NCBI GenBank assembly: GCA_963699755.1
Contig: CAVOVB010000003.1
Coordinates: forward strand, 384,001-448,000
DNA: 64,000 nt
From: an uncultured delta proteobacterium
GTDB lineage: Bacteria; Myxococcota_A; Polyangia; Polyangiales; Houyiibacteriaceae
Direction: 5' to 3'
The notes beneath the pieces were generated by a model. It was not told the origin of the DNA. It searched no databases and worked only from the letters and a program-made list of their open reading frames with translations. Positions within the stretch are counted from its first letter, which is position 1, and each line of letters starts with the position of its first letter. This document shows, piece after piece, positions 42,733 through 50,984 of this stretch. The position numbers and the translations under genes are program-made.

Positions 42733-43992
42733 TCACTTGAACAGGAGGGCGTGGACGCGGCGCGCGGCCTCGGCGCGTCGGATCTGCTCCTGGGTCTTGT
42801 TTTGAAGGTCCTTGAGCTGGACGACCCCTTCTTCGATTTCGGACTCACCGAGGATCATCGCGATTCGAGTGTTGAGCTTGTCGGCGCGGCGCAGCTGACT
42901 CTTGAGCGAGCCGCCCCGCAGGTCGCTCTCTACGCGAAGCCCGGCTTCTCTGAGCTCGCGGCCCAGTAGCGTCGCCTGGCCGCGAACGCTGGCCTGCGCT
43001 GCGACGATGAAGACGTCGACGTGCGAATCCGGGTCCGCTTCAGGCATAGCCATCAGCAAGCGCTCGAGGCCCATCGCGAAGCCGATCGCGGGCGTGTCCG
43101 GTCCGCCGAGGTTCTTCACCATCTGATCGTAACGACCTCCGCCGAGCAGCGCGTTCTGTGCGCCGAGCCCTTCGCCCTTGCCCAGTACCTCGAAGAGCGT
43201 TCGGCTGTAGTAGTCGAGGCCTCGCACGAGCGAGCCGTCGACGCGGTACGGCGTACCGAGGATGGTCAAGGTCTCTTGAAGGCCTTCGAAGTGTGTGCGG
43301 TCGTCGTCAGTGAGGTGTCTCAAGATCGATGGCGCCGCCGCTGCGATTTCGGCACAGCGCGGGACCTTACAGTCGAGCACCCGAAGTGGGTTCGCGTCCA
43401 TGCGCCGCTGGCAGTCGGGACAAAGCTCGGCGCGAAACGGCATGAGATAGGCGAGCAGCGCTTCCCGGTAGCTCTCCCGCGTCTCCGGTCCTCCGATCGA
43501 GTTGATTAGGACTTCGACTTCGCTGATGCCGATACTCGAGATGAAACCGACCACCATGTCGATCACTTCGGCGTCGACGTATGGACCGGGATCGCCGAAG
43601 ACTTCGATGCCGGCTTGGTAGAACTGCCGGTAGCGCCCCTTGGCGGGACGTTCCCGCCGATACATGGGGCCGATGTAGAACCACTTCGTGACCGGCTCGC
43701 GGGCTTGGACGCTGTGCTGCGCGTACGCACGCACGGCTGAGGCCGTACCCTCGGGACGCAAGGTGAGCGACTTCTCGCCGCGGTCGGTGAAGGTATACAT
43801 CTCTTTTTCGACGATGTCCGTCGTTTCGCCGATCGAGCGGACGAAGAGCTCAGTCGGCTCTACGATCGGGAATCGCGCTTCGCGGAAGCAGTAGCTCTGG
43901 ACGCAGTCGCGGAATGCGTTCTCGAGGCGATGCCATTTCGAGATCTCGTCCGGCAGGATGTCCTTCATCCCTTTCACGGCGCGCAGGCTCAT
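42733..43992 (-). CDS. hisS: Histidine--tRNA ligase
   Basis: KGMKD, KEMYTF, LRPEGTA, RERPAKGRYRQF, VRGLDYY, GGGRYD, GLERL. Confidence 0.98.
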   Translation of the reverse strand: MSLRAVKGMKDILPDEISKWHRLENAFRDCVQSYCFREARFPIVEPTELFVRSIGETTDIVEKEMYTFTDRGEKSLTLRPEGTASAVRAYAQHSVQAREPVTKWFYIGPMYRRERPAKGRYRQFYQAGIEVFGDPGPYVDAEVIDMVVGFISSIGISEVEVLINSIGGPETRESYREALLAYLMPFRAELCPDCQRRMDANPLRVLDCKVPRCAEIAAAAPSILRHLTDDDRTHFEGLQETLTILGTPYRVDGSLVRGLDYYSRTLFEVLGKGEGLGAQNALLGGGRYDQMVKNLGGPDTPAIGFAMGLERLLMAMPEADPDSHVDVFIVAAQASVRGQATLLGRELREAGLRVESDLRGGSLKSQLRRADKLNTRIAMILGESEIEEGVVQLKDLQNKTQEQIRRAEAARRVHALLFK

Positions 43993-44074
43993 GGCGTCCG
44001 GTTACTCGATGCGACTGCTGCAAGCAAGGGCGAAGCCACGTGGGCCATGCTCAGCGTCGGTCTGGGGGTTGGCT

Positions 44075-44572
44075 CTACGGGGCCGACGGCTTCTTGGGGA
44101 ACTTGACGAAGACATAGTTGAAGCCGTCTTTCCCCTTCGACTGCGTGATGCTGGGCGGGACGTCCTCGCGCATCTCGAAAATCATCACCAGGTCTTCCCT
44201 GCCTTTGCGTTGTACGGTCGCCCGCAGCACCGGCGTGTCGAAGAACTGGGTCTCGAGCGGCAGGTAGTTGTTCTTGAGATGAACCCGCGTGCGGTGCATG
44301 ACCAGCTCGAGGCGGCCCTCGGAGTTCCTGGTGCCGAACTTCACCGGCTTGGACGTCTGGACGAAGAAGACGGAGCCGTTCTCGGTCATCATGAAGCCGG
44401 GCCAGGTGAGCATGAGCGCGCCTTCGGGGATCTCTTCCGCCTTCGGCGGCAGGTTCTCCGAAGTCTCGGAGCCAGGGGTCACGCCTCCGTACGAGGACCC
44501 ATCGGCAGAGGCAATCGCTGCCGAGGCAGCCAACACGATGGCAAGCACCGTGGTCATGGATGTCTTCCCCAC
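44075..44572 (-). CDS. Secreted AMIN-like domain protein (start GTG 44572 or ATG 44557)
   Basis: Signal peptide ending ASA-D; beta-rich domain SVFFVQTS, NNYLPLETQFFDTPV. Confidence 0.65.
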   Translation of the reverse strand: MGKTSMTTVLAIVLAASAAIASADGSSYGGVTPGSETSENLPPKAEEIPEGALMLTWPGFMMTENGSVFFVQTSKPVKFGTRNSEGRLELVMHRTRVHLKNNYLPLETQFFDTPVLRATVQRKGREDLVMIFEMREDVPPSITQSKGKDGFNYVFVKFPKKPSAP

Positions 44573-44640
44573 GGCTTCAGGGTACGCGACCTGGAGGCGC
44601 GAGCCCAAATTTCGCTCCGGGAGCCGGATTTTCAGGCGAC

Positions 44641-45828
44641 TCAGTGGCCCTTTCCGCCCTTGAGCAGATGGCTGACGCCCTCGCCGAGCCCTTCCAGGGT
44701 CAGAGGGAACATCTCGAACGTCTGGCGGACGTACTCGATCGTGTTTCCGGTCCAATAGCGCTGCGGTTCCGGGTTGAGCCAGATGCTGCGGTGGTAGTGT
44801 TGGCTGAGCATCATGAGCCACTGCAAGCCTTCGATACCCCGGTCGTCGCCGAGGTCGAGTGAGCCCCCGGCCGCAAGCAGCTCGTACGGCGCCATCAGGG
44901 CGTCGCCGACCATGATGAGCTTGTAGTGAGGGCCCGTCTCGTGAAGCAGGTCACGGACCTTGATCGGCGCATCGAAGCGCTCGGTTTCGTAGACGTGCCC
45001 GTAGACGCAGTTGTGGAAATAATAGGTACGAAGCTCCTTGAAATGGCTCGACTTCTTGGCCGCCGAGAAAAGACGCGAGCAAAGGTGAGCAAAGGGATCC
45101 ATGGAACCGCCGACGTCCATCATCAAGATGATGCGCGTGTTGTGGCGACGGGGAGGGCGGGTGACGACTTCGAGCTCGCCGGCGTTTTGCGCCGTCGCAT
45201 CGATGGTGCCTTCGAGGTCTAGCTCTTCTTCGCCGCCTTCGCGCGAAAAGAGTCGCAGCTTCCGAAGCGCGACCTGCATCTGCCGAACGTCGAGAGTCAG
45301 ATCCTGCCGATACGGTCGATATAGACGCGCGTCGGCCACCTTGACCGCGCTTCGGCCGCCACCGGAGCCGCCAATGCGAAAGCCTTTGGGAGCGCGGCCG
45401 CTGTGACCGAACGGCGAGGTGCCGCCAGTACCGATCCACTTGTTGCCGCCGTCGTGCTGCTCGTCTTGCTCGGCGAGTCGCTCTTCGAATAGCTTGCGAA
45501 GCTCGTCTAGGTCGAGGTTTTCGACGAGCTCGCGTTGCTCGTCGGTGAGCTCTCCCATGTTTTCCTTGGCTTGCTGCAGCCAGTCCCAGAGCTCGTCTTT
45601 GAGCTTCTTCGATTCGATCTCGATGCCCTTGAAGAACGACAGGAATGCTTCATCGAAAGAATCGAGGTGCGCCTCGCTGTGGACCATCACCGAGCGGGCC
45701 ACGTTGTAAAACCCGTCGAGTGAGCTTTCATGAAGCCCGGCTTTCAGCGCCTGGGCGAGCGCAATGACCTCTTGCGTTCCCACGGGGACGCCTCGGCCGC
45801 GTAGCTCGTACATGAAAGGGACTAGGAT
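44641..45828 (-). CDS. VWA domain protein (CoxE-like); start ATC 45828 or ATG 45813
   Basis: HDGGNKWIGTGGTSPFG, LDLEGTI, MDVGGSMD, YFHNCVY, VGDALMAPYEL, WLNP. Confidence 0.9.
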   Translation of the reverse strand: MLVPFMYELRGRGVPVGTQEVIALAQALKAGLHESSLDGFYNVARSVMVHSEAHLDSFDEAFLSFFKGIEIESKKLKDELWDWLQQAKENMGELTDEQRELVENLDLDELRKLFEERLAEQDEQHDGGNKWIGTGGTSPFGHSGRAPKGFRIGGSGGGRSAVKVADARLYRPYRQDLTLDVRQMQVALRKLRLFSREGGEEELDLEGTIDATAQNAGELEVVTRPPRRHNTRIILMMDVGGSMDPFAHLCSRLFSAAKKSSHFKELRTYYFHNCVYGHVYETERFDAPIKVRDLLHETGPHYKLIMVGDALMAPYELLAAGGSLDLGDDRGIEGLQWLMMLSQHYHRSIWLNPEPQRYWTGNTIEYVRQTFEMFPLTLEGLGEGVSHLLKGGKGH

Positions 45829-45829
45829 T

Positions 45830-46672
45830 TTAGCTTCTCCACTGGCGGCCGCCCGAGAGCTGATCTGCAAAGGCGACGAGGTCTTGTTCCTTCTTGAGCA
45901 GGGCGCCCAGGAAGGGAAGGTTTTCTTCGAGCTTCACGCTGTCGATGCCGGCGCGCTGAAGCACGGCGATCCAGTCCACCAGCTCGCTCGTGCTGGGGCG
46001 TTTGCGGAGACGCCGCATGTTGCGGATTTCGTAGAAAGTCTTGAGCGCCTGCTCGACCAGGCTCTCGTGGACTTTGGGATGATGGACCTGGACGATTTCG
46101 GTCATCAACTCCGGCGTCGGGAAGTCGATGAAATGGAACACGCAGCGTCGAAGGAATGCATCGGGCAGCTCCTTTTCGGCGTTGCTCGTGATGATCACGA
46201 TGGGGCGCTGCGTGGCGACGATGTCCTGCTGTGTCTCGTCCACGTGGAATTGCATTCGGTCGAGCTCGTTCAGAAGGTCGTTGGGGAACTCCACGTCGGC
46301 CTTGTCGATTTCGTCGATCAGGAGGACCACTCGCTTGTCGGCGTTGAAGGCTTCGCCCATCGGGCCGAGCTTGATGTACTGACTGATGTCGTTCACGTCC
46401 TTGTCTCCAAACCGGGAGTCGTAGAGACGCTGGACCGTGTCGTACACATAGAGGCCGTCCTGGGCGCGCGTGGTGCTCCGGATGTTCCAGCGGAGGAGCG
46501 GCATCCCAAGTGACTCGGACACCGCCTCGGCCAGAAGGGTCTTGCCCGTGCCTGGCTCGCCTCGAATGAGCAGGGGGCGCTCGAGCACGACCGCACAGTT
46601 GACGGCGGATTCGAGGGCCTCGCTGGTCAGATAGGTGGCGGTTCCGGAAAAACGTCGAAAATCGTCTGCCAT
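45830..46672 (-). CDS. MoxR family AAA+ ATPase (CoxD-like)
   Basis: RPLLIRGEPGTGKT, LLIDEIDKAD..FPNDLL, TSNAEKELPDAFLRRC. Confidence 0.95.
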   Translation of the reverse strand: MADDFRRFSGTATYLTSEALESAVNCAVVLERPLLIRGEPGTGKTLLAEAVSESLGMPLLRWNIRSTTRAQDGLYVYDTVQRLYDSRFGDKDVNDISQYIKLGPMGEAFNADKRVVLLIDEIDKADVEFPNDLLNELDRMQFHVDETQQDIVATQRPIVIITSNAEKELPDAFLRRCVFHFIDFPTPELMTEIVQVHHPKVHESLVEQALKTFYEIRNMRRLRKRPSTSELVDWIAVLQRAGIDSVKLEENLPFLGALLKKEQDLVAFADQLSGGRQWRS

Positions 46673-46883
46673 GGCGGGCGAATCTATCATGGTCCTGCCG
46701 ATTGGCGACCGGGAGGGGGCTAGCAGGCACGGGCTGCAGGGGTGCAGGGGGTGGGAACCCGGGACCTGGCCGCGGGGCCGTGGCGATGGTGGAGTCCAGG
46801 GCCATGAGCGGGTGCGGGACGGGGCGGGAAAGTATTTACATTACGACAAGTTAGCTAGTCGGTTGGGAGCCGAGGCACCCTCC

Positions 46884-46912
46884 TTGACAGTCCGCAGACC
46901 ACGGCGAATAGT
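46884..46912 (+). promoter_or_regulatory. sigma70-like promoter of the yceD-rpmF-fab operon
   Basis: TTGACA-N17-AATAGT. Confidence 0.5.
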
Positions 46913-46951
46913 AGCGCGTTCTTCTGGCCTCGGAGCCTCGCTTGGCCGGCG

Positions 46952-47521
46952 GTGATCACCCTGAATTCAATGTCTACCTTCGTCCTACAGATCCAGGACC
47001 TCGACGAGGCCGGGACGGATTGGAATTTCGTCATCGGGACGGATTGGCTGGGGTCTGCGCTGGCCGAGACCGAGCTGAGCGCGGGTTCCACGGATGGGCA
47101 ACTGTCGGTGCATGCGCAGCTCAACGGGACCGATGTGCTCGTGCAAGCGCACCTCGAGGTAGAGCTCATGGCCACTTGTGCGCGCTGCCTCGGAGACATT
47201 GCGCTCCCGGTGGACCTGGCGGTGACCGCCCTTTTCAGTCCGCAGCACATGCGTCCTCACGGCAGCCATGAGATCGATGTCCAGTTGGACGAGGTCAATC
47301 GGGACTACTACAGCGGGAGCCAGGTGGTCTTGGACCCGATGGTGCGCGAGTGCTTGCTTCTCGAAGCGCCGATGAAACCCCTTTGCTCTGAAACTTGTGA
47401 GGGGATCCCCATTCCGGAGCATCTCCGGCCTCCCGACGAGGTCTTTGGGGATGCGGCGCCCGATTCGCGCTTCGCCCCCTTACTCAAACTCAAAGAAGCA
47501 CTTACGAAGAACGAGGAGTGA
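46952..47521 (+). CDS. yceD: YceD/DUF177 protein
   Basis: CARCL, LDPMVRE.LLLEAPMKPLC, DSRFAPL; precedes rpmF. Confidence 0.88.
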   Translation: MITLNSMSTFVLQIQDLDEAGTDWNFVIGTDWLGSALAETELSAGSTDGQLSVHAQLNGTDVLVQAHLEVELMATCARCLGDIALPVDLAVTALFSPQHMRPHGSHEIDVQLDEVNRDYYSGSQVVLDPMVRECLLLEAPMKPLCSETCEGIPIPEHLRPPDEVFGDAAPDSRFAPLLKLKEALTKNEE

Positions 47522-47525
47522 CCCC

Positions 47526-47720
47526 GTGGCAGTACCGAAACGCAGAACCAGCCCAATGAAGCGCGACCAGCGGCGCGCCCATCACGACAAAGTCACCGCC
47601 CCAAACGTGAGCGTATGCCCCAATTGCGGCGATGTCATGCTTCCGCATCGGGCCTGCCCAGCATGCGGCTTCTACAAGGGCCGTCAGGTGACCAAGGGCA
47701 AAGCCGAAGAGCTCGAGTAG
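47526..47720 (+). CDS. rpmF: 50S ribosomal protein L32 (Zn-ribbon form)
   Basis: GTG-AVPKRRTS..KRDQRR, CPNCG..HRACPACGFYKG. Confidence 0.96.
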   Translation: MAVPKRRTSPMKRDQRRAHHDKVTAPNVSVCPNCGDVMLPHRACPACGFYKGRQVTKGKAEELE

Positions 47721-47723
47721 CGA

Positions 47724-48470
47724 GTGTTCGACCTGGCCGGGAAAATCGCCATCGTGACCGGTGGGTCACGCGGCATCGGCCGTGCAACCAGCCTTGCGCT
47801 CGCGCAGGTTGGCGCGCATGTCCTCGTCAACTATCGCTCCAATGAAGAGGCCGCGCGGGAAACCTTGCGGCTCATCGAAGAGGCGGGTGGGCGAGCGGAG
47901 CTCATCGCCTTCGACGTTGCTGACCCGGATTCAGTAGACCGCAGGATCAAGGAGGCGGTGGCGCGGCACGGGCGCATCGACATTCTCGTGAACAACGCGG
48001 GAATCTCGATCGATCAATTGTTGTTGAGAGTGTCGGCGAAGGACCTCGAAATGACGTGGGCGACCAATGTGAACGGGGCGGTGTTCTGCGCGAAAGCCTG
48101 CATTCGCCCCATGATGAAGCAGCGCTGGGGGCGCATCATCAATCTTTCGAGCGTTGTGGGAGAGTCCGGCAATGCCGGCCAGGTGGTCTACTCTTCCTCA
48201 AAGGCGGCACTTTTGGGCCTCACGCGCTCGTTGGCTCGCGAGTACGCCTCTCGGGGGATCACCGTGAACGCCGTTTCCCCTGGATTCATCGAGACGGACA
48301 TGACTGCAGAGCTGCCGGACTCGGCGAGGCAGGGCATCGTGGATCAGACGCCGCTAGGCCGAATTGGTCGCCCCGAGGAGGTCGCCGCAGCAGTTGTGTT
48401 TTTGGCAAGCGAAGAAGCGAGCTATATCACCGGGCAAGTAGTCCGGGTCAACGGAGGCATGCACATCTGA
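47724..48470 (+). CDS. fabG: 3-oxoacyl-ACP reductase
   Basis: TGGSRGIG, NNAG, YSSSK, PGFIETDMT, VNGG. Confidence 0.95.
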   Translation: MFDLAGKIAIVTGGSRGIGRATSLALAQVGAHVLVNYRSNEEAARETLRLIEEAGGRAELIAFDVADPDSVDRRIKEAVARHGRIDILVNNAGISIDQLLLRVSAKDLEMTWATNVNGAVFCAKACIRPMMKQRWGRIINLSSVVGESGNAGQVVYSSSKAALLGLTRSLAREYASRGITVNAVSPGFIETDMTAELPDSARQGIVDQTPLGRIGRPEEVAAAVVFLASEEASYITGQVVRVNGGMHI

Positions 48471-48493
48471 GGTGTGTGTGACGGAGGAAGCAG

Positions 48494-48727
48494 ATGGACA
48501 TCGCCGAGAAGGTCAAAGAAATCGTGTCGGATAAGCTCGACGTCGACGGGGCCGACATTCAGGAAGAGCAAGACTTCATCGAAGATCTCAAGGCCGACTC
48601 GCTCGCGATTGTCGAGGTCGTCCTGGCGCTCGAGGAGCAGTTCGAGATCGAGATTCCGGACGAGGACACTGAAAAGATCAAGACCGTCCGCGACGCGATC
48701 GAATACATCAAGGCGCACAAGGGCTGA
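48494..48727 (+). CDS. acpP: Acyl carrier protein
   Basis: [31 protein letters not shown]. Confidence 0.97.
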   Translation: MDIAEKVKEIVSDKLDVDGADIQEEQDFIEDLKADSLAIVEVVLALEEQFEIEIPDEDTEKIKTVRDAIEYIKAHKG

Positions 48728-48760
48728 GGGTCGAGTGCGCGTCCGTCACGGGGCGAGTCG

Positions 48761-49999
48761 ATGCGGCGAGTAGTCATCACAGGCTTGGGCACCGTGAGCC
48801 CATGCGGCGCGGACGTAGCGACCACTTGGAAAAACGTCTCCGAGGGGCGGAGCGGGATCGCGCGCATCGAAGGTTTCGACCCTAGCGATTTCGCTTCGCA
48901 GATTGCAGGCGAGTGCACGGACTTCGATCCGCTCCAGTACGTGCCGAAGCGGCGCCTGCGGGAGGGCGCGCGATTCATTCAGCTCGCCATCGCCGCAAGC
49001 GCACAGGCTATCAAAAGCTCCGGCTTCGAGCCCAGCGATGAAGAGAAGGAGCGGGTAGGCACCTTCATCGGCGTCGGTTTCTGCGGGCTCGAAGTGTTCG
49101 AGGAGACCTGCAGGACCCTGCTCGAAAAGGGGCCGCGCCGGGTTTCGCCGTACTTCATACCTTCGGTCATCGCCAACCTCGCCCCCGGGCAAGTCACGAT
49201 CGATTGGGGATTCAAAGGGCCGAGCTACACGCATACCAGCGCCTGCGCATCGGGCGCGCACGCGATCGGCGACGCGTTTCGCTGGATTCAGCGGGGCGAA
49301 ATCGATGCGGCTGTCGCCGGCGGCGCGGAGGCTGCAGTCACGCCCGTCGGCGTAGCCGGGTTCACGTCGATGCGGGCGCTGTCACGGCGTAACGACGAGC
49401 CCCATCTCGCAAGTCGTCCCTTTGATTCGGGCCGGGACGGCTTCGTCATTGCCGAGGGTGCTGGCGTGCTCGTCCTCGAAGAGCGCGAGGCTGCGATGGC
49501 GCGAGGCGCGGAGGTCATGGCAGAGATCGTCGGCTACGGCGCAACCTCGGACGCGCATCACATGGTGCAACCTGCACCCGAAGCGGAAGGGGCGCAGCGT
49601 GCGATGAAGCTCGCGCTGAGCGACGCAAAGCTCAACGCCGCGGACATCGACTACATCAACGCGCACGGCACCTCGACGCCGCAGGGCGACGTAGGGGAGC
49701 TCCAAGCGATTCGCAAAGTCTTTGGTGAGCACGCTACCCACGGGCTCGCCGTTTCGAGCACCAAGAGCATGAGCGGGCACTTGCTCGGCGCAGCAGGTGG
49801 GCTCGAGCCCGTTCTGTGTGTACTCGGGATACGCGACGGCCTCCTTCCACCCACGATCAACTTGGACGATCCCGATCCGGCTGCGAAGGGGATCAACCTG
49901 GTTCCCAACCAGGCGCAGGAGCGACCGATTCGCGCGCTGATGAACAACTCCTTCGGCTTCGGCGGAACCAATTGCGCGCTCGTGCTAAAGGCCCCTTAG
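48761..49999 (+). CDS. fabF: Beta-ketoacyl-ACP synthase II
   Basis: RRVVITGLG, SACASG, NAHGTST, KSMSGHLLGAAG, NSFGFGG. Confidence 0.96.
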   Translation: MRRVVITGLGTVSPCGADVATTWKNVSEGRSGIARIEGFDPSDFASQIAGECTDFDPLQYVPKRRLREGARFIQLAIAASAQAIKSSGFEPSDEEKERVGTFIGVGFCGLEVFEETCRTLLEKGPRRVSPYFIPSVIANLAPGQVTIDWGFKGPSYTHTSACASGAHAIGDAFRWIQRGEIDAAVAGGAEAAVTPVGVAGFTSMRALSRRNDEPHLASRPFDSGRDGFVIAEGAGVLVLEEREAAMARGAEVMAEIVGYGATSDAHHMVQPAPEAEGAQRAMKLALSDAKLNAADIDYINAHGTSTPQGDVGELQAIRKVFGEHATHGLAVSSTKSMSGHLLGAAGGLEPVLCVLGIRDGLLPPTINLDDPDPAAKGINLVPNQAQERPIRALMNNSFGFGGTNCALVLKAP

Positions 50000-50001
50000 G
50001 C

Positions 50002-50439
50002 ATGCCGAAGACTCTCATCGTCGGTTCCGATCACGCTGGCCTCGAGCTGAAGCGTCAGCTTTCGGCTGTTGCGACAGAGCTCGGCTACGAAGTGGTCGAC
50101 CTCGGCACGCACAGCAGCGATTCCACCGACTACCCAGACTGGGCGCACCTGGTTGCGGGCGCCGTCGGGCGCGGTGAAGGGCTCGGCCTCTTGGTGTGTG
50201 GAACAGGGGTCGGCATGTCGATCGCTGCCAACCGCCACGGCGGGGTGCGCGCTGCGCTCTGCGGTGATGTGTTCAGCGCGTCGATGAGTCGGAGGCACAA
50301 CGACGCCAACCTCCTTTGCATCGGTGCCCGGGTCGTGGGCGCAGGGCTCGCTGAGGAAATTCTGAAGGCGTTCCTGAGCGCTACCTTCGAAGGCGGTCGG
50401 CACGTGCGCCGCGTCAACAAGATTGAGCCTTCCGCATGA
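50002..50439 (+). CDS. rpiB: Ribose-5-phosphate isomerase B
   Basis: GSDHAG, DYPD, CGTGVGMSIAAN, HNDAN, FEGGRH.RR. Confidence 0.96.
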   Translation: MPKTLIVGSDHAGLELKRQLSAVATELGYEVVDLGTHSSDSTDYPDWAHLVAGAVGRGEGLGLLVCGTGVGMSIAANRHGGVRAALCGDVFSASMSRRHNDANLLCIGARVVGAGLAEEILKAFLSATFEGGRHVRRVNKIEPSA

Positions 50440-50630
50440 AGGTCGAGCAAGACGAACGCTTTCGCGAACAGCGAGAGCGGTTTCGGCTCAAGTGGAACTG
50501 CGAGGACTGCGTGTTGTTCGATCCCGATCGGGGATGTGCGCACGGCTTCCCGCCCCACCGGCATCGAAAGTCCCGGTACGACGACCCAAGCGCCGCACTG
50601 CTCTTCTGCAAAGACTTCGAGCTGACCTAG
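50436..50630 (+). CDS. Small Cys4 protein (putative metal-binding)
   Basis: ATGA overlap with rpiB; CEDC-x8-CAH...FCKDF; coding-like codon usage. Confidence 0.7.
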   Translation: MKVEQDERFREQRERFRLKWNCEDCVLFDPDRGCAHGFPPHRHRKSRYDDPSAALLFCKDFELT

Positions 50631-50941
50631 GCGATAGTGTGGGGGCGGTGGGGCCGGATCAACCGCCGTCGCGCGAAGAGCGCAAGCACATCGGCTGGTT
50701 CCCCTTCTCCGGCGAAATCGCGGCAGAGGGTGCGTGCCTTCACGTAGCGGCGCTCGGAGTCGAGACAGCCTCCAAGCACTCATGCCGGTTTCGATGTCCA
50801 TCTCGACTAGGGGCCCAAGCACGCTGATCCAGCTCGCCCTCGAATGTGCGATTGGACCGCGCCAGATCGACGCACGCGAAGTCGAAGTGCCTCAAGCTCT
50901 CGGAGATGTTCGACGCAGCGACGGGCGCCGATGATCTCGGC

Positions 50942-50973
50942 GCAGGCGGTGCACCCAGAGGCGCGCCGCCTGC
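50942..50973. terminator. GC-rich hairpin just downstream of the beta-helix gene stop
   Basis: GCAGGCGG-N16-CCGCCTGC; no U-tract. Confidence 0.35.
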
Positions 50974-50984
50974 TCCGTCGTGCC

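Noticed and set aside
50631..50984. ~350-bp gap as an ncRNA or pseudogene
   Set aside because: Only short flanking hairpins and short ORFs with no recognisable motif; cannot be supported without a search.
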